Part shown: piece by piece, positions 14,132 through 26,108 of the stretch | Layout: each line of letters starts with the position of its first letter | How positions within the stretch are numbered: the first letter of the stretch is position 1 | Assembly: GCF_006345805.1 (NCBI RefSeq) | Contig: NC_043012.1 | Location: 8,494,001 to 8,558,000 of the forward strand | Reading direction: 5' to 3' | Source of the DNA: Octopus sinensis | Lineage: Eukaryota | DNA: 64,000 bases | Notes under the pieces: model-generated | Told to the model about the DNA's origin: nothing | What the model saw: the letters and a program-made list of their open reading frames with translations, nothing else | The model's database searches: none | Program-made: the position numbers and the translations under genes

Positions 14132-14727
14132 TGTATATATGTACGTATGTATGTATGTATGGATGTATGGATGTACGTATGTACGTATGTATGTATGTAT
14201 GTACGATGTGTACGTATGTATGTATGTATGTATATATGTATGTATTATGTATGTATGTATGTATGTATAGTATGTATGTATGTATGTATGTTATGTTGTA
14301 TGTATGTATGTATGTATGTATGTATGTACGTATGTTATGTATGTATGTAATATATGTATGTATGTAGGTATGTATGTATGTATATATTATGTACGTATGT
14401 ACGTATGTAATGTATGTATGTACGTATGTACGTATGTATGTAATGTACTGTTACGTATGTACGTATGTTATGTATGTATGATATATTGTATGTATGTATG
14501 TATGTATGTATGTATGTATATCGTATATATGGTACGTATGTATGTATGTATGTATGTATGTATGTACGTATGTACGTATGTAGTATGTATGTACGTATTA
14601 CTTATGTATGTATGTAGGTATATATGTATGTATGTAATGTTATATGTATGTATGTCTGTATGTATGTACGTATGTACGTATGTATGTATGTATGTATGTA
14701 TGTATGTATGTATGTATGTATGTATGT
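13803..14727. repeat. About 925-bp imperfect (TATG)n microsatellite
   Basis: Direct reading. Similar long tracts lie at about 22585-23245 and 46620-47155. Confidence 0.95.
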
Positions 14728-14891
14728 GCGTGCACGCGCGCGTATAAGTGTATATACTAATCAAATTTACGTCAACGAATTTGGAAAGGTTCGAAACCTA
14801 GATGATAGATGATCCACATCTGGGTTGTACATCTATTCCTCCTACAGGTAAGATGAAATTTTTTTATGTTCGCCACTCGCAAACATCTTTG

Positions 14892-14936
<45 letters not shown>

Positions 14937-15137
14937 TAGATATATAGAAGCTTTACTATAGCGTCGTATATTATCGACTGCTATTTCTAGTAAATATTGG
15001 TGCATTGTTGTACCACTATTCTACGTGTATATATATATATAACGGGAAGCTTTATGAAAATAAACAAAAGACGAAGATAGGTGGAGTACAAACAAACAAT
15101 GTATTAGTATGGCGCTCAGGAATAGAAATAAAACAAG

Positions 15138-15175
15138 TCTTTTACGTTTCGAGCCTACGCTCTTCGACAGAAAGA
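15138..15175 (-). ncRNA. Minimal hammerhead-like motif, CUGUCGA (A6U) variant
   Basis: UCUUU-CUGUCGA-A-GAGC(GUAG)GCUC-GAAAC-GUA-AAAGA. Second copy at 53854-53891 (+). Confidence 0.6.
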
Positions 15176-15253
15176 TACACAGAAAAGAAACAAGGAGAGA
15201 AACAAGGAGAGAAAAAAATTACGTGTAGGGGCTAACGATCCAACATATACATA

Positions 15254-16180
15254 CATGAGGGTTAACTGAAAAGTGTATAGAGTGACCAAGATACTCTCAT
15301 GAAACGTGACCAAATGAGGTAGTGAGGTTTATATTTCAGCATACTACCCCTCGCTGACCACACAGTTCTTCTATCGGTGTTGCATTCACCACATGTTGAT
15401 GGATGATAGACGATTTGACTGTAAATCAAATAGCCAACGCTTTTAGCATATCCCGTGAGACGGTTGAGAATATTCTGTACAATGAACCTGGCATGACGAA
15501 GGTTTCTGTTCGGTGGGAGCTACATCTTCTGACACCTGATCAAAAGTGCACCAGGCTGATCAACATCACGAGAAAATCTGACATTGCTAGAGTCAGATCC
15601 ACTTGGTTTCCTAACCCAAGATGAATGTTGGTTTCATCGCTTTGAACCAGGGACAAAGAAACAATTTATATAGTGGAACCCCTCCTCTTCATCTGCAGGG
15701 GAGGTGACGGCCTCAGTTTTTTGGGGATGCAAAAGGAATTGTGTTTATTGAGTATCCTCAAAAGGGCCACATCATCAATAGCGAGTACTATGCCATCTTG
15801 CTGAGGCAGTTACAAAAGGCTATCAAGACCAAACACCCAGGAAAACTGACGAATGAGGCCTTGTTTTATAAGGGTAATGCTCCAGCACACAAGTCCTTGG
15901 TTTCAATGCGCATGACTGTGGGTTTGAAGTGGTTGGTCACCTTCCATGTTCCCCTGATTTGGCTCCATCTGACTATCATCTGTTCCCCAACATGAAGATG
16001 TCATTTTTGACCAACAAAATGAAAGCTTCTTCAGCAATGGGATCCAAGGATTGCAACACCGATAGAAGAACTGTGTGGTCAGCGACGGGTAGTATGCTGA
16101 AATATAAACCTCATTACCTCATTTGGTCACATTCCATGAGAGTATCTTGGTCACTCTATAAACTTTTCAGTTAACCCTAT
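15254..16180 (+). mobile_element. Mariner DNA transposon fossil, internally deleted
   Basis: About 45-bp TIRs (GAGGGTTAACTGAAAAGT..AGAGTGACCAAGATACTCTCATG and its reverse complement) in a TA context. Broken transposase motifs VSVRWELHLLT (WVPHxL), GNAPAH and HLPCSPDLAPSDYHLFP. Confidence 0.92.
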
Positions 16181-16182
16181 AT

Positions 16183-16246
<64 letters not shown>

Positions 16247-16926
16247 TATATATATATTATATATATATATACACGTAGAATAGTGGTACAACAATGCACC
16301 AATATTTACTGGAAATAGCATCGTATATTATCGACTGCTATCGACTTTATGTATGTATGCATGTATGTATGTATGTACTTTTAGGGCTCCTGGTAACATG
16401 TAACCCAGTACAACCTCTCGCATGGTCGGGCTCTCGGCGACTAAGTCGGCAGCCTTACCAAGCCTGCTTGGTTAGGAGAATGGTTCTCGTTGGACACTTC
16501 TTCAGTAGAGTCAATAGGCAACCAACAGCTGAGATCAGGGGATCCTTAATCTTTGTTTGAACATCTCCCATGGAGAAGGAATTTCTGAAGTAACTCCCAC
16601 CTCATTGCGAGGCTTGTTTCTAGACTGTTTGGGTTTGTAGGTGAGACGTTGTGCAAACTGTCATTGATTTGAAATGTCAGCAGGAACATTGCTGACAGTG
16701 TCTAAGTTAAAATAACTCATCAGTGATGGTCATATTTGTCTATGAGTTGATAGCTACATTGTACGTACGTATGTATGTATTGCATGTATGTCATCATTTA
16801 GTTTTATTTCAAGATTTCTTGCCAATAGAGAAAGAGCCGGTTTCTAACCTAGATCCAAGGCTCCTTCATTGGAATTTCAACATCAACAACAGGGTATTTT
16901 TGTTTATTTCTATGTATGTATGTATG

Positions 16927-16959
<33 letters not shown>

Positions 16960-17129
16960 TTGTATGTATGTATGTATGTATGTATGTATGTATGTATGTA
17001 TGTATGTATGTATGTATGTATGTATGTATGTATGTATGTATACGTGCAGATTCGTATGTTTTGTTTTATGTACGTATTCTCATGGATATACTTGCATATC
17101 TAGACATGCTCATATATACTTAAAAGAGA

Positions 17130-17400
17130 AATTTCTGGGAAGTTTTACAGGTTCTTACAGTTCCAGTGATGGCTTGGATCTGTAGTCTTCGAATAATTTT
17201 TTCCCTTTCTGGTTTTGAGAAGCCTAAGGCAGTGTATTATATATTCCAGTGCCCCAATAATTACAGGTATAAACCTGAACTTGTAATCTGGATAGAGTAA
17301 CTGCAGATTTCTCAATAGTTCAGCGTAGGTATTCTCTTTTTCACTGGCATTCAGCATTATGTTAACAGCCGCTGAGCAGTTTCTCTTCTCTATCCCCAAT
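17130..17400 (-). mobile_element. C-terminal fragment of the same RLE-LINE family
   Basis: SEKENTYAELLRNLQLLYPDYKFRFIPVIIGAL overlaps and extends the 24.5-kb fragment. Confidence 0.8.
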
Positions 17401-17600
17401 CATTATATCAGGTCTATTGTGTTTACATTTTATTCAGGTTTTCACTGGACATTCCACCAGTACTCCTTTTTTATTACGAGTAGCTATGGCTTCTATCATA
17501 CTGTGAGTTCTTATTCCTTTGTCCTCATGGTTATCCTTTCGACGGATCTCGTTATACTGTGTCCTAGCTACAACATCATGTCTTATCGATATATAATACC

Positions 17601-17836
17601 TATTTCTTTAATACCCACGGGGGGCTAAACATAGAGAGGACAAACAAGGACAGACAAACGGATTAAGTCGATTACATCGACCCCAGTGCGTAACTGGTAC
17701 TTAGTTTATCGACCCCGAAAGGATGAAAGGCAAAGTCGACTTCGGTGGAATATGAACTCAGAGCGTAACGGTAGACGAAATACCACTAAGCATTTCGCTT
17801 GAGGTGCTAACGATTCTGCCAGTTCGCCGTCTTCTC
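17601..17836 (-). mobile_element. SINE family B monomer
   Basis: 16-bp TSD ATCGATATATAATACC (17585-17600 / 17837-17852). Confidence 0.9.
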
Positions 17837-18202
17837 ATCGATATATAATACCGTGGTATGTATGTATGTATGTATGTATGTATGTATGTATGTATGTATG
17901 TATGTATGTATGTATGTATGTATGTAGGTATGTAGGTAGGTATGTATGTATGTAGGTAGGTAGGTAGGTAGGTAGGTAGGTATGTATGTATGTATGTAGG
18001 TAGGTAGGTATGTATGTATGTATGTATGTCTGTCTGTCTGTCTGTCTGTCTGTCTGCACATCTCTTTCTCTTTTTAATTTAGAGTAAATTTTGACTGGTC
18101 ACTAAATTAATACAGTTCTATATTTAAGAGATGAGGAATTATGTACATTATTTACATTTTTTTTCTTCATGATCTCTGACAACTATATCTGGTCTGTTGG
18201 CC

Positions 18203-18257
<55 letters not shown>

Positions 18258-18478
18258 TAGGTCACTGCATGGAATCGAACTTGGAATCTTGGCGTTAGTA
18301 GCCCGCGCTCTTAACCAATACGCCACGGGCATATAACGTAGTGGTTAAGAGTGCGGGCTACTAATACCTTAGGAATGAGAACCCAGAAGGCTGGAGGGTA
18401 TATCAGCCGAAACGTTGTGTTAACAACAAACAAGATGAGGACAAATATCCGTCAAATGTAAATAATGTAAATAACGTA
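18258..18478. mobile_element. Head-to-head pair of family G copies
   Basis: Minus-strand head at 18258-18325 and an internally deleted plus-strand copy at 18327-18478. Confidence 0.75.
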
Positions 18479-18786
18479 GCTATTCAACAGAGTTTGATCA
18501 AATAAGGTGTAAGTTGAAATAATTCCTAAGTCGAGCAACAGCTCTTTAATGCGGTGTCCAAGTCGATAAAAGCTTAGAAAAAATTATTTCAAATAGATTC
18601 CCATTTTCCCAATCAGTATTTAAATATTAATGAACATGATTATCGCCCTTACAAACAATATATTTTACGAGTTATTCCCCCTGATAAAGTTTCAAGCGCC
18701 GTCAAAATTAGAATTGTTATCGTTACTGTTGCTCCCCCACCTCCTCCTATTACTACTGTAGTTAAAATTTGATTAAAATATTTTCT

Positions 18787-19295
18787 ACGTGTTTTAGTCT
18801 ATTGACTGCGGCCTTGCTGGGGCACTGCCTTGAAGGATTTGTTAGTCGAATGAGCCAGACCGCTCGGTTCAAAGTCTCTCTTGACCAGAAATGGCCTGAA
18901 CTCTTTGCACGAACACCCTTCCTGTACATAACTCCATGTCCCCCTACATGGCCTTGCTTTTTGCCTTTTGAGCCAAAAAATTAACTTAACTTAACTTGAC
19001 GTATTTTTGTGTTAAGCCCGGTATTCATTCTATCGTTCTATTTTGACGAACCGCTATGTTACAAGGACGTAAACACACCAACAATGGTTGTCAAGCAGTG
19101 GTGATGGACTAACACAGGCACGAAACACACACACACACACACATGACAGGCTTCTTTCTGTTTCCGTCTTCCAAATCCACTCACGGCCCGAGGCTATAAT
19201 AGAAAATACTTGCCCAGGGTGCCACGTTGTGAAACTGAACTCAGAACCATGGGGTTAAGAAGCAAGCTTCTTACCACGCAGTCACGCCTGCGCCT
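18787..19295 (-). mobile_element. SINE family A, diverged and interrupted
   Basis: Tail at about 18787-18850 and remainder at about 19020-19295. Confidence 0.7.
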
Positions 19296-19667
19296 GTTGA
19301 TGAATTTTCGAAAATTGTTACCATAGCTGAGTGCCGCACTAAGTACCTCTCAGTTTATAATCAAATATCATTGCGTGATCAATTCCTGCTAATACAATTT
19401 TTTAGTTTCATTCTTTCAGGAACGATAAAAATAAATGCGAATTTGGCAGCTAAATAAATGAATCGATATAAACAACGATCTAAGAGAGCTGACCCCACGG
19501 GACAATGAGATTGATCAACATGACTAATACTTCTTTTGAACTGTTGAGAGTTAAAAGGGCATAAGAGAGAAATGTCCAGATGGTGTTGCGTGTCATATAC
19601 ATACATACATACATACATACATACATACATACATACATACATACATACATACATACATACATACTTT

Positions 19668-20060
19668 TTCTACTCTAGGTACAAGGCCTGAAATTTTGGG
19701 GGAGGGGGCAAGTCGATTAGATCTATCCCAGTACGCAAGTGGTACTTAATTTATCGACCTCGAAAGGATGAAAGGCAAAGTCGACCAAGGCGGAATTTGA
19801 ACTCAGAACGTAAAGACAGACGAAATACCTATTTCTTTATTGCCCACAAGGGGCTAAACACAGAGGAGACAAACAAGGACAAACAGACGGATTAAGTCGA
19901 TTACATCAACCCCAGTGTGTAACTGGTACTTAATTTATCGACCCCAAAAGGATGAAAGGCAAAGTCGATCTCAGCGGAATTTGAACTCAGAACGTAACGG
20001 CAGACGAAATACGGCTACGTATTTCGCCCGGCGTGCTAACGTTTCTGCCAGCTCGCCGCC
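19668..20060 (-). mobile_element. SINE family B, two units
   Basis: Head, unit with tail 1, then unit with tail 2. Confidence 0.88.
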
Positions 20061-20106
20061 TTATACATACATACATACATACATACATACATACACATAC
20101 ATACTT

Positions 20107-20490
20107 GGTAAACACCCAAAAAGTTATCAACCACCTCACCAACAACAACACTGAACACCTTTTTGATCTCCATGTGTCTAACATACGTGGACATGCCTAC
20201 AAAGTCAGAAACCAACACAGCTCCCATGACTTTCGGAAACATTTTTTCACGCTCAGAGTTGCTGAAGCATGGAATAAACTGCCTGTGTCAGTTGTTGACT
20301 GCCATGACACTGCATCCTTTAAGGCCCTCATGCTTTCCGAAATCCGCCGAAACTACACCTGATTATATATACACTTTAGATGAGTTGTAGTGCACCTGAG
20401 CACTGTACACAATTATATTATTATATTATTTTTTATATTATTATATTATTATTATTATTATTATTATTATATTATTATTATTATTATTTA
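20107..20490 (+). mobile_element. 3' end of a CR1/L2-clade LINE
   Basis: IRGHAYKV..FRKHFFTLRVAEAWNKLPVSVV..SFK is the typical CR1 C-terminus; (TAT)n tail. Confidence 0.85.
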
Positions 20491-21128
20491 AATTAGGGTG
20501 AATACTTGATAAGTGTAAGCACCTGTATACGCCAGATGGTGGCAGAGGTGAGAGAGAATATATCAAATAAAACCAAAAACAGAACACATCATAATTCTTA
20601 TAAAAGTGTATAACATAATTATTAAATAGGTATTTAATTATCTTATCTGTTATTTTTATTCATTAGTTATCTAGTGTAGTCATCAATAACTGTATATATC
20701 CTTATTAATTATAATAATTTTAAATTATTATATAATAAGGTAAATTACTATATAATTAATAAATAGATATTTGTCGTTTCTGTAATTTTTATTTTCTAAT
20801 TATTCAATGTGATCATCAGTGGTTGTATATGTTGTTGAATATAATAATTCTTCAGCTGTTACAAAACAAAGTTAATTCATACAAAAGGGCTTATTATATT
20901 AAATGAATGAATAGGTAATTGATTACTGTGACGTAAAGTTTCTCGTAAACATTACGTCTGTAGTTTTAATTCTTTAGTTATATATTAAGCATAACGAAAA
21001 TGTTTTATTTTAAATGTTCAGTTAGAACATCAACCATTTTGAATCAATTAGATAATATTGTGTTGAGATACATTTTCGTACTTTTCATTATTAATTTTAA
21101 TGTTTTACACGCACACACTAGCAGATAT

Positions 21129-21512
21129 GGGAAGCACTCCGTCGGTTACGACGACGAGGTTTCCGGTTGATCCGATCAACGGAACAGCCTGCTCGTAAAA
21201 TTAACGTGTAAGTGGCTGAGCACTCCACAGACACGTGTACCCTTAACGTAGTTCTTGGGGATATTCAGCGTGACACAGAGAGTGACAAGGCCGGCCCTTT
21301 GAAATACAGGTACAACAGAAACAGGAAGTAAGAGTGAGAGAAAGTTGTGGTGAAAGAGTACAGCAGGGATCACCACCATCCCCTGCTGGAGCCTCGTAAA
21401 GCTTTAGATGTATTCGCTCAATAAACACTCACAACGCCCGGTCTGGGAATCGAAACCGCGATCCTATGACCGCGAGTCCGCTGCCCTAACCACTGGGCCA
21501 TTGCGAATCCAC
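21129..21512 (-). mobile_element. SINE family C, inserted in a Helitron-like 5' end
   Basis: TSD ACTAGCAGATAT (12-15 bp). Confidence 0.92.
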
Positions 21513-21710
21513 ACTAGCAGATATATCCGGCGTTGCTTTACTTGTTTCGGTCATGTAACTGCGGCCATGCTGAAGCACCGCCTTTAGTCGAAGAAATCGA
21601 TCCCAGGATTTATTCTTTGTAAGCCTAGTACTTATTCTATCGACTTTGAATTTCATCCTTTTGGAGTCGATAAATTAAGTACCAGTTAAGTACTGGAGTC
21701 GATGTAGTCA

Positions 21711-21747
<37 letters not shown>

Positions 21748-21769
21748 ATATAAATATGCAGCACGGATT

Positions 21770-21820
21770 TTTGTCAGTGAACAGGTCGCGGTCTTAAAGC
21801 GACGAAAATATTTTGACAAA
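21770..21820 (+). ncRNA. Minimal type I hammerhead-like motif with G3:C8-swapped core (family H)
   Basis: UUUGUCA-GUGAACA-G-GUCGC(GGUCUUAAA)GCGAC-GAAA-AUAUUU-UGACAAA: 7-bp stem I, 5-bp stem II, palindromic AAUAUU stem III. Confidence 0.7.
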
Positions 21821-22926
21821 TTAAACTTAAATGTTGAAGTGAATCGAACGGCTTTTGTGTGTTTCTTGAATGGCTTACAAACACCTTCCACGCTGTAATT
21901 GTTATATATATATATATATATATATATAGGGCTTCTTTCAGCTTTCAGTTTCCATCTACCGAACCCACTTACAGGACTTTGGTCGACCAGGGTCTACGGT
22001 AGTACACACTTGCCCTTTCCCCGAAATTGCTGGCCCTGTGCCAAAATTTGAAATCAGGTTTATTATATGCGCGAGTGTGCGTGTGTAGGTTTGGCGAATA
22101 ATACAGGTATCATCCGTCATACTTACACAACCCCAACAGCACCACCACCACCACCACCACTCCAGCACTAGAAATGACAGCTTTAAAGTGATTAATCCAC
22201 TTCCTAAGTGTGTCTACTACTTAACCTAATATTTAGTTTCTTTTGTCTCTCTGTCGCCATATTAGTGGAGCTCTTCAAGTCAGGAGATACAGTTCAGTCG
22301 ATAATATAACTAAGACACACATAACTTGCTTCTATTTAATCGGCAAAATTCAGTGAAAATAGATCCGGACTCGGACAATATCGATTACTTATTCATTAAT
22401 ATCGAAGTTTTATTGTTGTATGTTCCAAGGAAATTTAATGATTTGTCGATAATTAAGTGTAAAAGACAGAAAAAAGAAATAACAAAATGAAGAAGTTTAA
22501 CAAAACAAAACATGGAAATATATTACATTAGTGTTTCATTTATAATACTTATTGCGCAGCTGGTCTACATAAGTGGTTTAGAGTACATACACACATACAT
22601 ACATACATACATACATACATACATACATACATACATACATACACATACATACATACATACATACATACATACATACATGCATACATACATACGTACATAC
22701 ATGCACACATACATACATACATACATACATACATACGTACGTACATACATACATACATACATACATACATACATACATACATACATACATACCTGGCGTG
22801 GTCCCAGGAATTTTTCGAAGGAAGGGCATAAAGTCAGAAGGGAATACAATTCCAGGAGAAAAAGGCATCATAGCATTATTTAAAAGGGCGCACGTCTTTT
22901 CTTGAGTGGAGACAGGTCCCTGTGTG

Positions 22927-22971
<45 letters not shown>

Positions 22972-23845
22972 TAGATATGTATAATATATATATATATATA
23001 ATATATATAGTATATATTATATATATATATAGATAGATAGATAGATAGATAGATACATACATACATACATACATACATGCATACATACACACACACATAC
23101 AACATACATGCATGCATACATACATATATACATACATACATACATGCATACATACATACATACATACACACATACATACATACATACATACATACATACA
23201 TACATACATACATACATACATACATACATACATACATACATACATCTCACCAATAATAATTCAGTGCTCTCGGTTTTGTGAGTAAATGCTTCAGTGACAA
23301 TCTGAATAAGTTAAGGTTCTCAGATAAAGAAACCAGTCGAGTAACTCACACATTACAAATACAATCTGTAAGCAGAACAGTGAAATTATGCAAAACTCGT
23401 CTCAAGTTTAGAATGTGACATTGTTTTGTTAACTACATTCCAACGATGCAGCTTTGTACTTTTGTTAGAAACCAGCCCCTTCTTCAGGTGAAGAATTCAA
23501 ATAAAAACAGAAGAGAACGTACATCCATCCATTCATCCATCCATCCACTCATCCATCCATCCATCCACCCATCCATCCATCCATCCATCCATCCATCCAT
23601 CCATCCATCCATCCATTCATCCATCCATACATACATACATACATACCCTGTTGATGTTGTTGAAATTCCAATGAAGCAGTTTGGGATCTAGGTTAGAAAC
23701 CGGTTCTTTCTCTATTGACAAGAAATCTTGAAAATAATCTGAATAAGGACAAGCGGTCTATCATGGACCGATAGCCGGATTACTACCTTCCACTTTGAAG
23801 GGCATGCATTTGCAATCCAGGAACAAGGAAATATCAACCAAATAC

Positions 23846-24083
23846 GGGCATATGGCGTGGTGGTTAAGAGCGCGGGCTACTAGCCTCAAGATTCCGAGTT
23901 CGATTCCAGGCAGTGACCTGAATAACAACAACAACAACAACAACATCGAAAAATACCTTAGGAATGAGAACCCAGGTTCGAAATTTCACCAAGACACCTG
24001 ATGAAGGCTGGAGGATATATCAGCCAAAACATTGTGTTAACAACAAAGACGAGGACAAATATCCGTCAATTGTAAATAATGTA
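23846..24083 (+). mobile_element. SINE family G: tRNA head, (AAC)n linker, hammerhead-like body
   Basis: A box TGGCGTGGTGG, B box GAGTTCGATTCC; tail TGTAAATAATGTA. Confidence 0.8.
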
Positions 24084-24084
24084 C

Positions 24085-24519
24085 AAATACCTTGTGCACA
24101 AAAGACATAGAGATGTAGAAAAAGCAGTAAAATGTGAAAACCGATGCAGACTTTGTGGAGTTAACACCGAAGATATCACCTACATCATAACCAGTTGTCC
24201 GAAAATGTCATTACGGTATAATCTACCGATGAGACTTGATGTTGTAGCTAGGACACTCTATAATGAAATCCGTCGAAAGGATAAACACGAGGACAAAGAA
24301 ATAAGAACCCACAGTATGGTAGAAGCAATAGTCCCTCATAATAAAAAGGAATACTGGTGGAATGTCTCAGTGTCGCCAATAAAATGCAAGCACAACAGAC
24401 CTGATATAATGAGTTGGGATAGAGAAGAGAAACTGTGTACAATTGTGGAAATTTACTGCCCAGCGGATGTTAGCATAAAGCTGAAGATCAGTGAAAAAGA
24501 GAACACTTATGTTGAACTA
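24085..24519 (+). mobile_element. Non-LTR retrotransposon fragment with zinc knuckle and restriction-like endonuclease (R4/Dong/NeSL-like)
   Basis: CRLCGVNTEDITYIITSC, RLDVVARTLY, HNRPDIMSWD..CTIVEIYCP..EKENTY. Truncated by a SINE. Confidence 0.85.
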
Positions 24520-24777
24520 TTTTGCCGAACCGCCAAGTTACGGGGACGTAAACACACCAGCATCGGTTGTCAAGCGATGTTGGGGGGACAAACACATACA
24601 CACAAACATATACACACACATACATATACATATATACGACGGGCTTCTTTCAGTTTCCGTCTACCAAATCCACTCACAAGGCTTTGGTCGGCCCGAGTAG
24701 AAGACACTTGTCCAAGGTGCCACACAGTGGGACTGAACCCGGAACCATGTGGTTGGTAAGCAAGCTACTTACCACAC
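24520..24777 (-). mobile_element. SINE family A, partial
   Basis: Head and body, joined to the RLE-LINE fragment. Confidence 0.85.
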
Positions 24778-25919
24778 ACACACACACACATATCGTCAGT
24801 GTATCGTATATCCGAAAAAGAAGTACTCTCTAAGGAGCTGTTATTATATGCTGTTAAATTATATGTCCGTTGATCATACAGTGACCTTATCGGATCTAAT
24901 CGGTGAATGGGAAATTCCTTGCTTGTACGGGCAAAAAGATCCTTACAAGCTAAAAGCAACCTAAGGGCGGAGTTTCCCGGTGTCCCATTTTGACCCATAG
25001 AGAGTGGACTAAGGGAGATAATCCATTCCCGTGGACCTTGATTGTTTATTCTCCGTTTACTTACGAACTGAGGGTAACGGATTTCTACTTCCGAGGCTTG
25101 AAAGCTCTAAATGACCTTCGGCTGCTGAATCTGACCAGTCGTCCATGGGGCTAAGCCCTTTATGGATGCGAAACCATTGGTCACTCTATGACCGGACATT
25201 TACTTAACTACACACACCACACATATATATATATGTATTTAAATAAAAAGGGGCAGGCAACAGGTTGTTTAGCCACATACCGAAAAATTAGAACTAGCAG
25301 TAAAAGACTGCTTATTTCTATTTTCTACAAATAAGACTCTACATATAAGATATTCATGTAATTCACATTCATATATATATATTAATTAATATCAGGGTAG
25401 ACTATATAATATACATTCAACAATAATATTAAGGAATGGCCTCAATAGGCCATTCAACTCACAAAAAACGAGCAGCTAAACTCAAACCGCTAAATGGTAG
25501 TAATTCAGAAATCAAAGGAAAATTAAAAACATTTACCCTTATCATCTTTCGACTATGCATAGTTTCGATGTACTTTTTGGCAAACCAGCTCAATTAAATT
25601 TAATTAAATCAATTTACCACTGGCCCGTCTCATCAAACAAAGAAGCCAGGGGGAATATATATTCCACGAGGCAACAGCATCGGTGCCTCGGGAATATATA
25701 CTCTAAATTTTCAAAATCTACCATCATCGCGCCAACTTATCAGCAGCAAATATAAAATGCTGATTTAATTTCAGAATTAGCCATAAAATCATTAATTAAT
25801 CAATATCAGGGTAGCAAAAAATTCAAGAGAAATTTTTTCGCCACCAGCGGTCTAGTGAGAAAGAAAAAATAGTCAAAATATTGTTAATATATATATATAA
25901 CTGAGATGCAGCACGGATT

Positions 25920-25970
25920 TTTGTCAGTGAACAGGTCGCGGTCTTAAAGCGACGAAAATATTTTGACAAA
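25920..25970 (+). ncRNA. Family H hammerhead-like motif, identical copy
   Basis: Identical to 21770-21820. Confidence 0.7.
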
Positions 25971-26054
25971 TTAAACTTAAATGTTGAAGTGAATCGAACA
26001 GCTTTTGTGTGTTTCTTGAATGGCTTATAAACACCTTCCACGCTGCAATTGTTT

Positions 26055-26108
<54 letters not shown>

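Noticed and set aside
13920-14764. Many MYVC/IHTY/YLSI/CVCV ORFs here and throughout the window
   Set aside because: They are translations of (TATG)n, (CATA)n, (TATC)n and (TG)n microsatellites. The irregular single-base indels may partly be long-read error.
16390-16500. GC-rich hairpins suggesting an HDV-like ribozyme near a LINE fragment
   Set aside because: I could find only isolated hairpins and could not build the nested double pseudoknot by eye.
16835-16880. GAAACCGG palindrome in family F suggesting a hammerhead
   Set aside because: The upstream core reads CCAATGA or CTAATGG and stem I does not pair in any of the three copies.
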